Shown: one piece after another, positions 44,801-58,900 of the stretch
Layout: each line of letters opens with the position of its first letter
How positions within the stretch are numbered: the stretch's first letter is position 1
NCBI RefSeq assembly: GCF_009914755.1
Contig: NC_060940.1
Reading direction: 5' to 3' (one strand)
From: the human T2T-CHM13v2.0 reference genome, Homo sapiens
DNA: 64,000 nt
Position numbers and translations under genes: made by a program
Notes under the pieces: generated by a model
What the model was told of the DNA's origin: nothing
The model's input: only the letters and a program-made list of their open reading frames with translations
Databases searched by the model: none

Positions 44801-45552
44801 TGGATGATGATTTCATTCGAGTCCATTTGATGATTCCATTTGATTCCATTCGATGATGATTCCATTCGAGTCCATTCGATGATTCTATTCGAATCCATTT
44901 GATGATTTCTTTTGATTATAGTTGGTGATGATTCCATTGGAGTCCATTCAATGATTCCATTCGATTCCAATCGATGGTGATTCCATTAGAGTCCATTTAA
45001 TGATTCCATTTGATTCCAGTCTCTGATGATTACATTCGAGTCCATACGATGATTCCACTCAATTCCATATGATGATGATTCCATTCTATTCCATTCGATG
45101 ATTCCATTCTATTCTATTCGATAATGATTCCATTCGAGTCCATTCGATGATTCCATTCGAGTCCATTTAATGATTCCATTGGGTTCAATTCAATGATGAT
45201 TACATTGGATTCCGTTCTATGATTCCATTCAATTCCGTTCATTGACAATTTGATTCCATTCGATGATGATTCCATTTGAGTTCATTCGATGATTCTATTC
45301 GATTCTCTTCGATGGTGATTCAATTCTATTATATTGGATGATTCCATTCGATTCCATTTGATGTTGATTCAATTCGATTCTATTCGATGATGATTCCATT
45401 GGATTTCACTTGATGATTCTATTCGATTCCATTCAATGATGATTCACTTCTCGTCCATTGGATGATTCCATTTCATTCCATTCGATGATGATTCCATTCG
45501 ATTCCATTCGATGATTCCATTTGATTCCATGCGACGGTGAGCAATTCGATTC
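41822..45552 (+). repeat. Shortened HOR copy 8, 3,731 bp (deletions of 49, 570 and 1,762 bp)
   Basis: Unit start motif at 41,822 and 45,553; 6,112 - 49 - 570 - 1,762 = 3,731; junctions at ~42,610, ~44,543 and ~45,119. Confidence 0.88.
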
Positions 45553-48500
45553 AATTCCATGATGATTCTATTTGATTCAATTAGATGATGTTTCCATTCG
45601 AATCCATTCCATGATTATTCCATTGGAATCCATTCGGCGATGATTCCATATGAGTCAATTCAATGATGATTCCATATGGGTCCGTTCGATGATAATTCCA
45701 TTTGATTTCATTCGATGCTTCTATTCTATTCCAGTCGATGATGATTCCGTTGGAGTCCATACGATGATTCCATTTGATTTCATTTGATGATGATTCCATT
45801 CGATGATGATTACATTGGATTCCATTCTATGATTCCATTCAATTCCATTCGTTGATGATTCGATTCCATTCAATGATGATTCCATTTGAGTTCATTCGAT
45901 GATTCTATTCGATTCCGTTCGATGGTGATTCAATTCTATTATATTGGATGATTCCACTCGATTCCATTTGATGATTATTCCATTGGAGTCCACTTAGTGA
46001 ATCCTTTAGATTCTACTCGACGATGATTCCATTCGAGTCCATTCGATGATACCATTCAATTCCATTCGTTGATGCTTCCATTCAAGTGCATTCGATGATA
46101 TCATTCGATTCCATTTGATGATAATTCCATTTGATTCCATGCGATGATTCTATTCGATTCCATTCAATGATAATTCCATTCAATTCAGTGATTCCTCTGG
46201 ACTCCATTTGATGATGATTCCATTCAATGATTCCATTCGATTCTATTCGAAAATGATTCCATTTGAATCCATTTGATGATGATTCCATTAGATTCCATTT
46301 GATGATTCCATTCGATTCCATGCGACGATGATTCCATTCGATTCCGTTTGATGATTCCATTCTATTCTATTCGATGATGATTCCATTCGATTCCATTCGA
46401 TGATGATTGGATTCGATTCCATTTGATGATTTCATTTGATTCCATTCGTTAATGATTTCGATCAATTCCATTCGATGATTCCATTCGATTCCATTCGATA
46501 ATGATTACATCCGAGTCCATTCGATGATTCCCTTTGAGCCTGTTCGATAATTCCATTTGAGTCCAACCAATGATTCCATTCATTTCCATTCAATGATTCC
46601 ATTCGAGTCCATTTGATCATTCCGGTAGGGTCCATTCGATGTTGATTCCATTGGAGTGCATTCGATGATTCCATTCGAGTCCATTTTAGGATTTGATTCG
46701 AGTCCTTTCGATGATTCCATTCGATTCCACTCGATGATGATTTCATTCGAGTCCATTCGACACTTCCAATCGATTCCATTTGATGATTCCATTCGAGTCC
46801 AATTGATGATTCCATTCAATTCCATTCGAAGATGATTCCGTACGATTCCATTCTGTGATGATTCCTTGTGATTGCATTCAATGATGATTCCTTTCGATTG
46901 CATTCGATTATGATTCATTTCGTGTTCATTCTATGGTTCCACAGGTTTCCATTCGTGTCCATTCCATTATTCCATTCTATTCCATTTGATGATGATTCCA
47001 TTCGATTCCATTCATTGGTGATTCCACTCAATTCCATTCAATGATTCCATTCCATTTCTTTCAACAATGATTCCATTAGTTTCTAATCGATGATCCACTT
47101 GATTCCATTTGACGACGATTCCATTCTTGTCCATTCGATGATTCCATTTGATTCCATATGATGATGATTCCATTCGATTCCATACCATGATGATTCCATT
47201 CGAGTCCATTCAATGGTGATTCCATTCAATTCCATTCGATGATTCCTTTTGATTCCATTCGATGATGATGGCATTCGATTCCTTTCAATCATTCCCTTTG
47301 ATTCCATTCAAAGGTGATTTCATTCAAGTCCATTCGATAATTGCATTCGATTCCATTCTATGATGATTCCATTCGAGTCCATTTGATGATTCCATTCAAT
47401 TCAAGTCAATGATGATTCCATTCGATTCCATTCGATGATTCCATTGGATTCCATTCGATGATGATTCCATTCAAATCCATTCGATAATTCAATTCAAGTC
47501 CATTCGATGATGATTCCAATCGAATCCATTCAAAGATTCCATTCAGTTCCATTCGATGATTCCCTTAGATTCCATTCGATGATTCCACTTGATTGCATTT
47601 ACGATGATTCCATTCGATTCCATGTGATGATTCCATTCAATTCTATTCAATGATGTCTCCATTTGATTCCATTCGACCATGATTGCCTTTGATTCCATTC
47701 AATGATTCCATTCGGTTCCGTTTGATGATGATTCCGTTCGATTCCATTTGATGATTCCATTTGATTCCATTGGATGAGTCCATTCGATTACATTCGATGA
47801 TTATTCCATTCGAGTGCATTAGATGATTCCATTCGAGTCCATTCGATGATTCCATTCGATTCCATTCGATGTTGATTCTGTTCAAATCCATTCGATGATT
47901 CCACTCGATTCCATTCGTTGACTCCATTTGATCCCATTCGATGATTTCCTTTGATTCCCTTTGATGATCATTCCATTTGATTCAATTCGGTGATTTCATT
48001 TGATTCCATTCAGTGATGTTTCCATTCGACTCCATTCGATGATGATTCCATTCGACTCCATTCGATTATGATTTCATTCAATTCCATTCGATAATGATTC
48101 CCTTCGAGTCCATTCGATGATTCCATTCGATTCCATTCAACGATGATTTGATTCGTGTCCATTCGATGATTCCATTTGATTCCACTTGATGATGATTCCA
48201 TTCGAGTCCATTTGATGATTCCATTCAATTCCATACTCCGATGATTTCTTTTGAGCCCACTCAATGCTTCCACTCGATTCCATATGATGATGACTCCATT
48301 CGATGAAATTCGATGATGATTCCATTCGCTTGCTTTCGATGATGATTCCACTTGAGTCCGTTAGAAGATTCTATTCAATTACATTCCATGACGATTCCGT
48401 TCGAGTCCATTTGATGATTCCATTAGACTCCATTCGACGATGATTCCATTCGATGTTATTCGATGATTCCATTCGATCTCATTCGATGATGATTCCATTC

Positions 48501-49853
48501 AACTCCATTCGATGTTTCCATTCGAGTTCATTCTATTATTCCATTAGATTCAATTCGATGATGATTCCATTCGATTCCATTTGATGATTGCATTCTATTT
48601 CATTTGATGATGATTCCATTCGAGTCCACTCGATGATTCCATTCGAGTCCATTTAATGAATCCATTGGTTTCAATTCTATGATGATTACATTGGATTCCA
48701 TTCGTTGATGATTTCATTCGGTTCCATTCAATGATGATTCCATTCAATTCCTTTCAATGTTTCCATTCAATTCCATACGATGATGATTCCATTTGATTTG
48801 ATTCAACAGTGAGCCATTCGATTCAATTCCATGATGATCCTATTTGATTCAATTGGTGGACATTTCCATTCGATTCCATTCGATGATGATTCCCTTTGAT
48901 TCCATTCAAAGATGATTCCATTCTAGCCCATTCAATCATTCCATTCGATTCTATTCAATGATGATTCCATTCATGTCGATTTGGTGATTCCATTTGACTT
49001 CATTTGATGATGATTCCTTTCAAGTTCATTAGATGATTCCATTCGATTCCATTTGATGATGATCCCATTCGAGTCCATTCAGTGATTCCACTCGTTTCCA
49101 TTCCATGATGATTCCATTCCATTCCATTCAATGATTCCATTCGATTCCGTTGGATGATGATTCCATTCGAGTCCATTCGATGATTCTATTCGAATCCATT
49201 TGATGATTTCTTTTGATTATAGTTGGTGATGATTCCATTGGAGTCCATTCAATGATTCCATTCGATTCCAATCGATGGTGATTCCATTAGAGTCCATTTA
49301 ATGATTCCATTTGATTCCAGTCTCTGATGATTACATTCGAGTCCATACGATGATTCCACTCAATTCCATATGATGATGATTCCATTCTATTCCATTCGAT
49401 GATTCCATTCTATTCTATTCGATAATGATTCCATTCGAGTCCATTCGATGATTCCATTCGAGTCCATTTAATGATTCCATTGGGTTCAATTCAATGATGA
49501 TTACATTGGATTCCGTTCTATGATTCCATTCAATTCCGTTCATTGACAATTTGATTCCATTCGATGATGATTCCATTTGAGTTCATTCGATGATTCTATT
49601 CGATTCTCTTCGATGGTGATTCAATTCTATTATATTGGATGATTCCATTCGATTCCATTTGATGTTGATTCAATTCGATTCTATTCGATGATGATTCCAT
49701 TGGATTTCACTTGATGATTCTATTCGATTCCATTCAATGATGATTCACTTCTCGTCCATTGGATGATTCCATTTCATTCCATTCGATGATGATTCCATTC
49801 GATTCCATTCGATGATTCCATTTGATTCCATGCGACGGTGAGCAATTCGATTC
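45553..49853 (+). repeat. Shortened HOR copy 9, 4,301 bp (deletions of 49 and 1,762 bp)
   Basis: Landmarks 45581->49882 = 4,301; 6,112 - 49 - 1,762 = 4,301; junctions at ~49,160 and ~49,420. Confidence 0.88.
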
Positions 49854-52800
49854 AATTCCATGATGATTCTATTTGATTCAATTAGATGATGTTTCCATTC
49901 GAATCCATTCCATGATTATTCCATTGGAATCCATTCGGCGATGATTCCATATGAGTCAATTCAATGATGATTCCATATGGGTCCGTTCGATGATAATTCC
50001 ACTTGATTTCATTCGATGCTTCTATTCTATTCCAGTCGATGATGATTCCGTTGGAGTCCATACGATGATTCCATTTGATTTCATTTGATGATGATTCCAT
50101 TCGATGATGATTACATTGGATTCCATTCTATGATTCCATTCAATTCCATTCGTTGATGATTCGATTCCATTCAATGATGATTCCTTTTGAGTTCATTCGA
50201 TGATTCTATTCGATTCCGTTCGATGGTGATTCAATTCTATTATATTGGATGATTCCACTCGATTCCATTTGATGATTATTCCATTGGAGTCCACTTAGTG
50301 AATCCTTTAGATTCTACTCGACGATGATTCCATTCGAGTCCATTCGATGATACCATTCAATTCCATTCGTTGATGCTTCCATTCAAGTGCATTCGATGAT
50401 ATCATTCGATTCCATTTGATGATAATTCCATTTGATTCCATGCGATGATTCTATTCGATTCCATTCAATGATAATTCCATTCAATTCAGTGATTCCTCTG
50501 GACTCCATTTGATGATGATTCCATTCAATGATTCCATTCGATTCTATTCGAAAATGATTCCATTTGAATCCATTTGATGATGATTCCATTAGATTCCATT
50601 TGATGATTCCATTCGATTCCATTCGACGATGATTCCATTCGATTCCGTTTGATGATTCCATTCTATTCTATTCGATGATGATTCCATTCGATTCCATTCG
50701 ATGATGATTGGATTCGATTCCATTTGATGATTTCATTTGATTCCATTCGTTAATGATTTCGATCAATTCCATTCGATGATTCCATTCGATTCCATTCGAT
50801 AATGATTACATCCGAGTCCATTCGATGATTCCCTTTGAGCCTGTTCGATAATTCCATTTGAGTCCAACCAATGATTCCATTCATTTCCATTCAATGATTC
50901 CATTCGAGTCCATTTGATCATTCCGGTAGGGTCCATTCGATGTTGATTCCATTGGAGTGCATTCGATGATTCCATTCGAGTCCATTTTAGGATTTGATTC
51001 GAGTCCTTTCGATGATTCCATTCGATTCCACTCGATGATGATTTCATTCGAGTCCATTCGACACTTCCAATCGATTCCATTTGATGATTCCATTCGAGTC
51101 CAATTGATGATTCCATTCAATTCCATTCGATGATGATTCCGTACGATTCCATTCTGTGATGATTCCATGTGATTGCATTCAATGATGATTCCTTTCGATT
51201 GCATTCGATTATGATTCATTTCGTGTTCATTCTATGGTTCCACAGGTTTCCATTCGTGTCCATTCCATTATTCCATTCTATTCCATTTGATGATGATTCC
51301 ATTCGATTCCATTCATTGGTGATTCCACTCAATTCCATTCAATGATTCCATTCCATTTCTTTCAACAATGATTCCATTACTTTCTAATCGATGATCCACT
51401 TGATTCCATTTGACGACGATTCCATTCTTGTCCATTCGATGATTCCATTTGATTCCATATGATGATGATTCCATTCGATTCCATACCATGATGATTCCAT
51501 TCGAGTCCATTCAATGGTGATTCCATTCAATTCCATTCGATGATTCCTTTCGATTCCGTTCGATGATGATGGCATTCGATTCCTTTCAATCATTCCCTTT
51601 GATTCCATTCCAAGGTGATTTCATTCAAGTCCATTCGATAATTGCATTCGATTCCATTCTATGATGATTCCATTCGAGTCCATTTGATGATTCCATTCAA
51701 TTCAAGTCAATGATGATTCCATTCGATTCCATTCGATGATTCCATTGGATTCCATTCGATGATGATTCCATTCAAATCCATTCGATAATTCAATTCAAGT
51801 CCATTCGATGATGATTCCAATCGAATCCATTCAAAGATTCCATTCAGTTCCATTCGATGATTCCCTTAGATTCCATTCGATGATTCCACTTGATTGCATT
51901 TACGATGATTCCATTCGATTCCATGTGATGATTCCATTCAATTCTATTCAATGATGTCTCCATTTGATTCCATTCGACCATGATTGCCTTTGATTCCATT
52001 CAATGATTCCATTCGGTTCCGTTTGATGATGATTCCGTTCGATTCCATTTGATGATTCCATTTGATTCCATTGGATGAGTCCATTCGATTACATTCGATG
52101 ATTATTCCATTCGAGTGCATTAGATGATTCCATTCGAGTCCATTCGATGATTCCATTCGATTCCATTCGATGTTGATTCTGTTCAAATCCATTCGATGAT
52201 TCCACTCGATTCCATTCGTTGACTCCATTTGATCCCATTCGATGATTTCCTTTGATTCCCTTTGATGATCATTCCATTTGATTCAATTCGGTGATTTCAT
52301 TTGATTCCATTCAGTGATGTTTCCATTCGACTCCATTCGATGATGATTCCATTCGACTCCATTCGATTATGATTTCATTCAATTCCATTCGATAATGATT
52401 CCCTTCGAGTCCATTCGATGATTCCATTCGATTCCATTCAACAATGATTTGATTCGTGTCCATTCGATGATTCCATTTGATTCCACATGATGATGATTCC
52501 ATTCGAGTCCATTTGATGATTCCATTCAATTCCATACTCCGATGATTTCTTTTGAGCCCACTCAATGCTTCCACTCGATTCCATATGATGATGACTCCAT
52601 TCGATGAAATTCGATGATGATTCCATTCGCTTGCTTTCGATGATGATTCCACTTGAGTCCGTTAGAAGATTCTATTCAATTACATTCCATGACGATTCCG
52701 TTCGAGTCCATTTGATGATTCCATTAGACTCCATTCGACGATGATTCCATTCGATGTTATTCGATGATTCCATTCGATCTCATTCGATGATGATTCCATT

Positions 52801-55800
52801 CAACTCCATTCGATGTTTCCATTCGAGTTCATTCTATTATTCCATTAGATTCCATTCGATGATGATTCCATTCGATTCCATTTGATGATTGCATTCTATT
52901 TCATTTGATGATGATTCCATTCGAGTCCACTCGATGATTCCATTCGAGTCCATTTAATGAATCCATTGGTTTCAATTCTATGATGATTACATTGGATTCC
53001 ATTCGTTGATGATTTCATTCGGTTCCATTCAAGGATGATTCCATTCAATTCCTTTCAATGTTTCCATTCAATTCCATACGATGATGATTCCATTTGATTT
53101 GATTCGACAGTGAGCCATTCGATTCAATTCCATGATGATTCTATTTGATTCAATTGGTTGACATTTCCATTCGATTCCATTCGATGATGATTCCCTTTGA
53201 TTCCGTTCAAAGATGATTCCATTCTAGCCCATTCAATCATTCCATTCGATTCTATTCAATGATGATTCCATTCATGTCGATTTGGTGATTCCATTTGACT
53301 TCATTTGATGATGATTCCTTTCAAGTTCATTAGATGATTCCATTCGATTCCATTTGATGATGATCCCATTCGAGTCCATTCAGTGATTCCATTCGTTTCC
53401 ATTCCATGATGATTCCATTCCTTTCCATTCAATGATTCCATTCGATTCCGTTTGATGATGATTTCATTCGAGTCCATTTGATGATTCCATTTGATTCCAT
53501 TCGATGATGATTCCATTCGAGTCCATTCGATGATTCTATTCGAATCCATTTGATGATTTCTTTTGATTATATTTGGTGATGATTCCATTGGAGTCCATTC
53601 AATGATTCCATTCGATTCCAATCGATGATGATTCCATTAGAGTCCATTTAATGATTCCATTTGATTCCAGTCTCTGATGATTACATTCGAGTCCATACGA
53701 TGATTCCACTCAATTCCATATGATGATGATTCCATTTGATTCCATTCGGTGATTCCATTCTATTCTATTCAATGGTGATTCCATTCGAGTACATTAGATG
53801 ATTCCATTCGATTCCATTCAATGATGATTCTATTTGTGTCCCTTAGATGATTCCACATGATTCCATTACATGATGATACTATTTGAGCCCATCCAATGAT
53901 TCCCTTCGATTCCATTCGATGAGGATTCCATTCGATTCAGTTCATTGGTGATTCTATTCAATTCAATTCTTTGATTCCATTCCATTCCATTCGACAATGA
54001 TTCCATTCGATTTCTTTCGATGATTCCACTCGATTCCACTTGACATTGATTCCCTTCGATTCCATTCAATGATTCCATTTGATTCCAGTGGATGATGATT
54101 GCCATCGATTCCATTCGATCACTCCATTCTATTCCATTTGATGATGATTACATTCGATTCCATTTGACGATTCCATCTGATTCTATTCGAGGATTCCATT
54201 TGATTCCATTCGATGATGATTCCATTCGAGTCCATTCGATGATTTCATTCGAGTACATCCAATGATTCCATTCGAGTCCATTAGATGATTCCATTTGATT
54301 CCATTTGAAAATGATTCTACTAGAGTCCATTCAATGACTCCATTCGAGTCCATTCAACAATTCCATTCGACTCCATTCGATGATTCCATTCGATTCCATT
54401 TGATGGTTCCATTCGATTCCATTTAATCATTACAGTCGAGTCCATTTGGTGATTCCACTGGATTTCTTTTGATAATGATACCATTCAATTACATTTGATG
54501 ATGATCCCATTCAATTTCATTTGATGATGATTCCATTAGAGTCCATTCGATGATTTCATTCGAGTCCCTTCATTGATTCCATCCGATTTCATTGGATGAT
54601 GACTCCATTCGAGTCCATTCGATGATTCCACTCGATTCCATTAGATGACTCCATTGGAGTCCATTTGATTGTTCCATTCGATTCCATTCGATTCCTTTCG
54701 AAGATTATTCCATTTGAGTCCATTCGATGATGATTCCATTCCATTCCATTCGATGATTCCGTTTGATTCCATTCGATGATTCCCTTCGATTCCTTTCTTT
54801 GATGATTCCATTCCATTCCATTCAATGATTCCATTCGAATCTATTCCATGATGATTCCTTTCGATTCCATTCGCTGATGTTTCCGTTCAATTCCATTCGA
54901 TGATGATTCCATTCGATTCCATTCATTGAGGATTCCATTTGATTCCATTCAATGATGATTCCATTCTATTCCATTCAATGATTGCATTCAATTCCATTCA
55001 ATGATTATCCCCTTAGAGTAAACTCAACGATTCCATTCAATACCATTCGATGATGATTCCTTTTGAGTCCATTCAATGATTTCATTCAAGTCCATTTGAT
55101 GATTCCTTTCAATTCCATTCTATGATGATTCCATTCGAGTCCATTCGATGATTCCATTCGATTGCATTCGATGATTCCATTATATTCCATTCAACGGTGA
55201 TTCCATTCGAGTCCATTCCATGATTCCATTAGAGTACATTTAATGATTGCTTTGTTTTCAATTCGAAGATGATTACATTGGATTCCATTCTATGATACCA
55301 TTCGATTCCATTCAATGATGATTCCACTCAAATCCATTGGATGATTCCATTCGTGTCCATTCGGTGATTTCATTAGATTCCATTCGAGGATGATTCCATT
55401 CGATTCCATTCGATGATTCCATTCAATTCCATTCGATGATGATTCCATTCCAGTCCATATGATCATTCCATTTGATTTCATTCGATGATGATTCCATTCG
55501 ATTCCTTTCGACGATTCCATTCTATTCCATTCGATGATGATTCCATTCGAGTCCATTCGATGATTCCATTCGAGTCCATTTAATGATTCCATTGGGTTCA
55601 ATTCAATGATGATTACATTGGATTCCATTCTCTGATTCCATTCAATTCCGTTCAATGACAATTTGATTCCATTCGATGATGATTCCATTTGAGTTCATTC
55701 GATGATTCTATTCGATTCTCTTCGATGGTGATTCAATTCTATTATATTGGATGATTCCATTCGATTCCATTTGATGTTGATTCAATTCGATTCTATTCGA

Positions 55801-55965
55801 TGATGATTCCATTGGATTTCACTTGATGATTCTATTCGATTCCATTCAATGATGATTCACTTCTCGTCCATTGGATGATTCCATTTCATTCCATTCGATG
55901 ATGATTCCATTCGATTCCATTCGATGATTCCATTTGATTCCATGCGACGGTGAGCAATTCGATTC
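49854..55965 (+). repeat. HOR copy 10, 6,112 bp (type A)
   Basis: Landmarks 49882->55994 = 6,112; all internal landmarks are in register with copy 1. Confidence 0.93.
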
Positions 55966-58900
55966 AATTCCATGATGATTCTATTTGATTCAATTAGATG
56001 ATGTTTCCATTCGAATCCATTCCATGATTATTCCATTGGAATCCATTCGGCGATGATTCCATATGAGTCAATTCAATGATGATTCCATATGGGTCCGTTC
56101 GATGATAATTCCATTTGATTTCATTCGATGCTTCTATTCTATTCCAGTCGATGATGATTCCGTTGGAGTCCATACGATGATTCCATTTGATTTCATTTGA
56201 TGATGATTCCATTCGATGATGATTACATTGGATTCCATTCTATGATTCCATTCAATTCCATTCGTTGATGATTCGATTCCATTCAATGATGATTCCATTT
56301 GAGTTCATTCGATGATTCTACTCGATTCCGTTCGATGGTGATTCAATTCTATTATATTGGATGATTCCACTCGATTCCATTTGATGATTATTGCATTGGA
56401 GTCCATTTAGTGAATCCTTTAGATTCTATTTGACGATGATTCCATTCGAGTCCATTCGATGATACCATTCAATTCCATTCGTTGATGCTTCCATTCAAGT
56501 GCATTCGATGATATCATTCGATTCCATTTGATGATAATTCCATTTGATTCCATGCGATGATTCTATTCGATTCCATTCAATGATAATTCCATTCAATTCA
56601 GTGATTCCTCTGGACTCCATTTGATGATGATTCCATTCAATGATTCCATTCGATTCTATTCGAAAATGATTCCATTTGAATCCATTTGATGATGATTCCA
56701 TTAGATTCCATTTGATGATTCCATTCGATTCCATTCGACGATGATTCCATTCGATTCCGTTTGATGATTCCATTCTATTCTATTCGATGATGATTCCATT
56801 CGATTCCATTCGATGATGATTGGATTCGATTCCATTTGATGATTTCATTTGATTCCATTCGTTAATGATTTCGATCAATTCCATTCGATGATTCCATTCG
56901 ATAATGATTACATCCGAGTCCATTCGATGATTCCCTTTGAGCCTGTTCGATAATTCCATTTGAGTCCAACCAATGATTCCATTCATTTCCATTCAATGAT
57001 TCCATTCGAGTCCATTTGATCATTCCGGTAGGGTCCATTCGATGTTGATTCCATTGGAGTGCATTCGATGATTCCATTCGAGTCCATTTTAGGATTTGAT
57101 TCGAGTCCTTTCGATGATTCCATTCGATTCCACTCGATGATGATTTCATTCGAGTCCATTCGACACTTCCAATCGATTCCATTTGATGATTCCATTCGAG
57201 TCCAATTGATGATTCCATTCAATTCCATTCGATGATGATTCCGTACGATTCCATTCTGTGATGATTCCATGTGATTGCATTCAATGATGATTCCTTTCGA
57301 TTGCATTCGATTATGATTCATTTCGTGTTCATTCTATGGTTCCACAGGTTTCCATTCGTGTCCATTCCATTATTCCATTCTATTCCATTTGATGATGATT
57401 CCATTCGATTCCATTCATTGGTGATTCCACTCAATTCCATTCAATGATTCCATTCCATTTCTTTCAACAATGATTCCATTAGTTTCTAATCGATGATCCA
57501 CTTGATTCCATTTGACGACGATTCCATTCTTGTCCATTTGATGATTCCATTTGATTCCATATGATGATGATTCCATTCGATTCCATACCATGATGATTCC
57601 ATTCGAGTCCATTCAATGGTGATTCCATTCAATTCCATTCGATGATTCCTTTCGATTCCATTCAATGATGATGGCATTCGATTCCTTTTAATCATTCCCT
57701 TTGATTCCATTCAAAGGTGATTTCATTCAAGTCCATTCGATAATTGCATTCGATTCCATTCTATGATGATTCCATTCGAGTCCATTTGATGATTCCATTC
57801 AATTCAAGTCAATGATGATTCCATTCAATTCCATTCGATGATTCCATTGGATTCCATTCGATGATGATTCCATTCAAATCCATTCGATAATTCAATTCAA
57901 GTCCATTCGATGATGATTCCAATCGAATCCATTCAAAGATTCCATTCTGTTCCATTCGATGATTCCCTTAGATTCCATTCGATGATTCCACTTGATTGCA
58001 TTTACGATGATTCCATTCGATTCCATGTGATGATTCCATTCAATTCTATTCAATGATGTCTCCATTTGATTCCATTCGACCATGATTGCCTTTGATTCCA
58101 TTCAATGATTCCATTCGGTTCCGTTTGATGATGATTCCGTTCGATTCCATTTGATGATTCCATTTGATTCCATTGGATGAGTCCATTCGATTACATTCGA
58201 TGATTATTCCATTCGAGTGCATTAGATGATTCCATTCGAGTCCATTCGATGATTCCATTCGATTCCATTCGATGTTGATTCTGTTCAAATCCATTCGATG
58301 ATTCCACTCGATTCCATTCGTTGACTCCATTTGATCCCATTCGATGATTTCCTTTGATTCCCTTTGATGATCATTCCATTTGATTCAATTCGGTGATTTC
58401 ATTTGATTCCATTCAGTGATGTTTCCATTCGACTCCATTCGATGATGATTCCATTCGACTCCATTCGATTATGATTTCATTCAATTCCATTCGATAATGA
58501 TTCCCTTCGAGTCCATTCGGTGATTCCATTCGATTCCATTCAACTATGATTTGATTCGTGTCCATTCGATGATTCCATTTGATTCCACTTGATGATGATT
58601 CCATTCGAGTCCATTTGATGATTCCATTCAATTCCATACTCCGATGATTTCTTTTGAGCCCACTCAATGCTTCCACTCGATTCCATATGATGATGACTCC
58701 ATTCGATGAAATTCGATGATGATTCCATTCGCTTGCTTTCGATGATGATTCCACTTGAGTCCGTTAGAAGATTCTATTCAATTACATTCCATGACGATTC
58801 CGTTCGAGTCCATTTGATGATTCCATTAGACTCCATTCGACGATGATTCCATTCGATGTTATTCGATGATTCCATTCGATCTCATTCGATGATGATTCCA

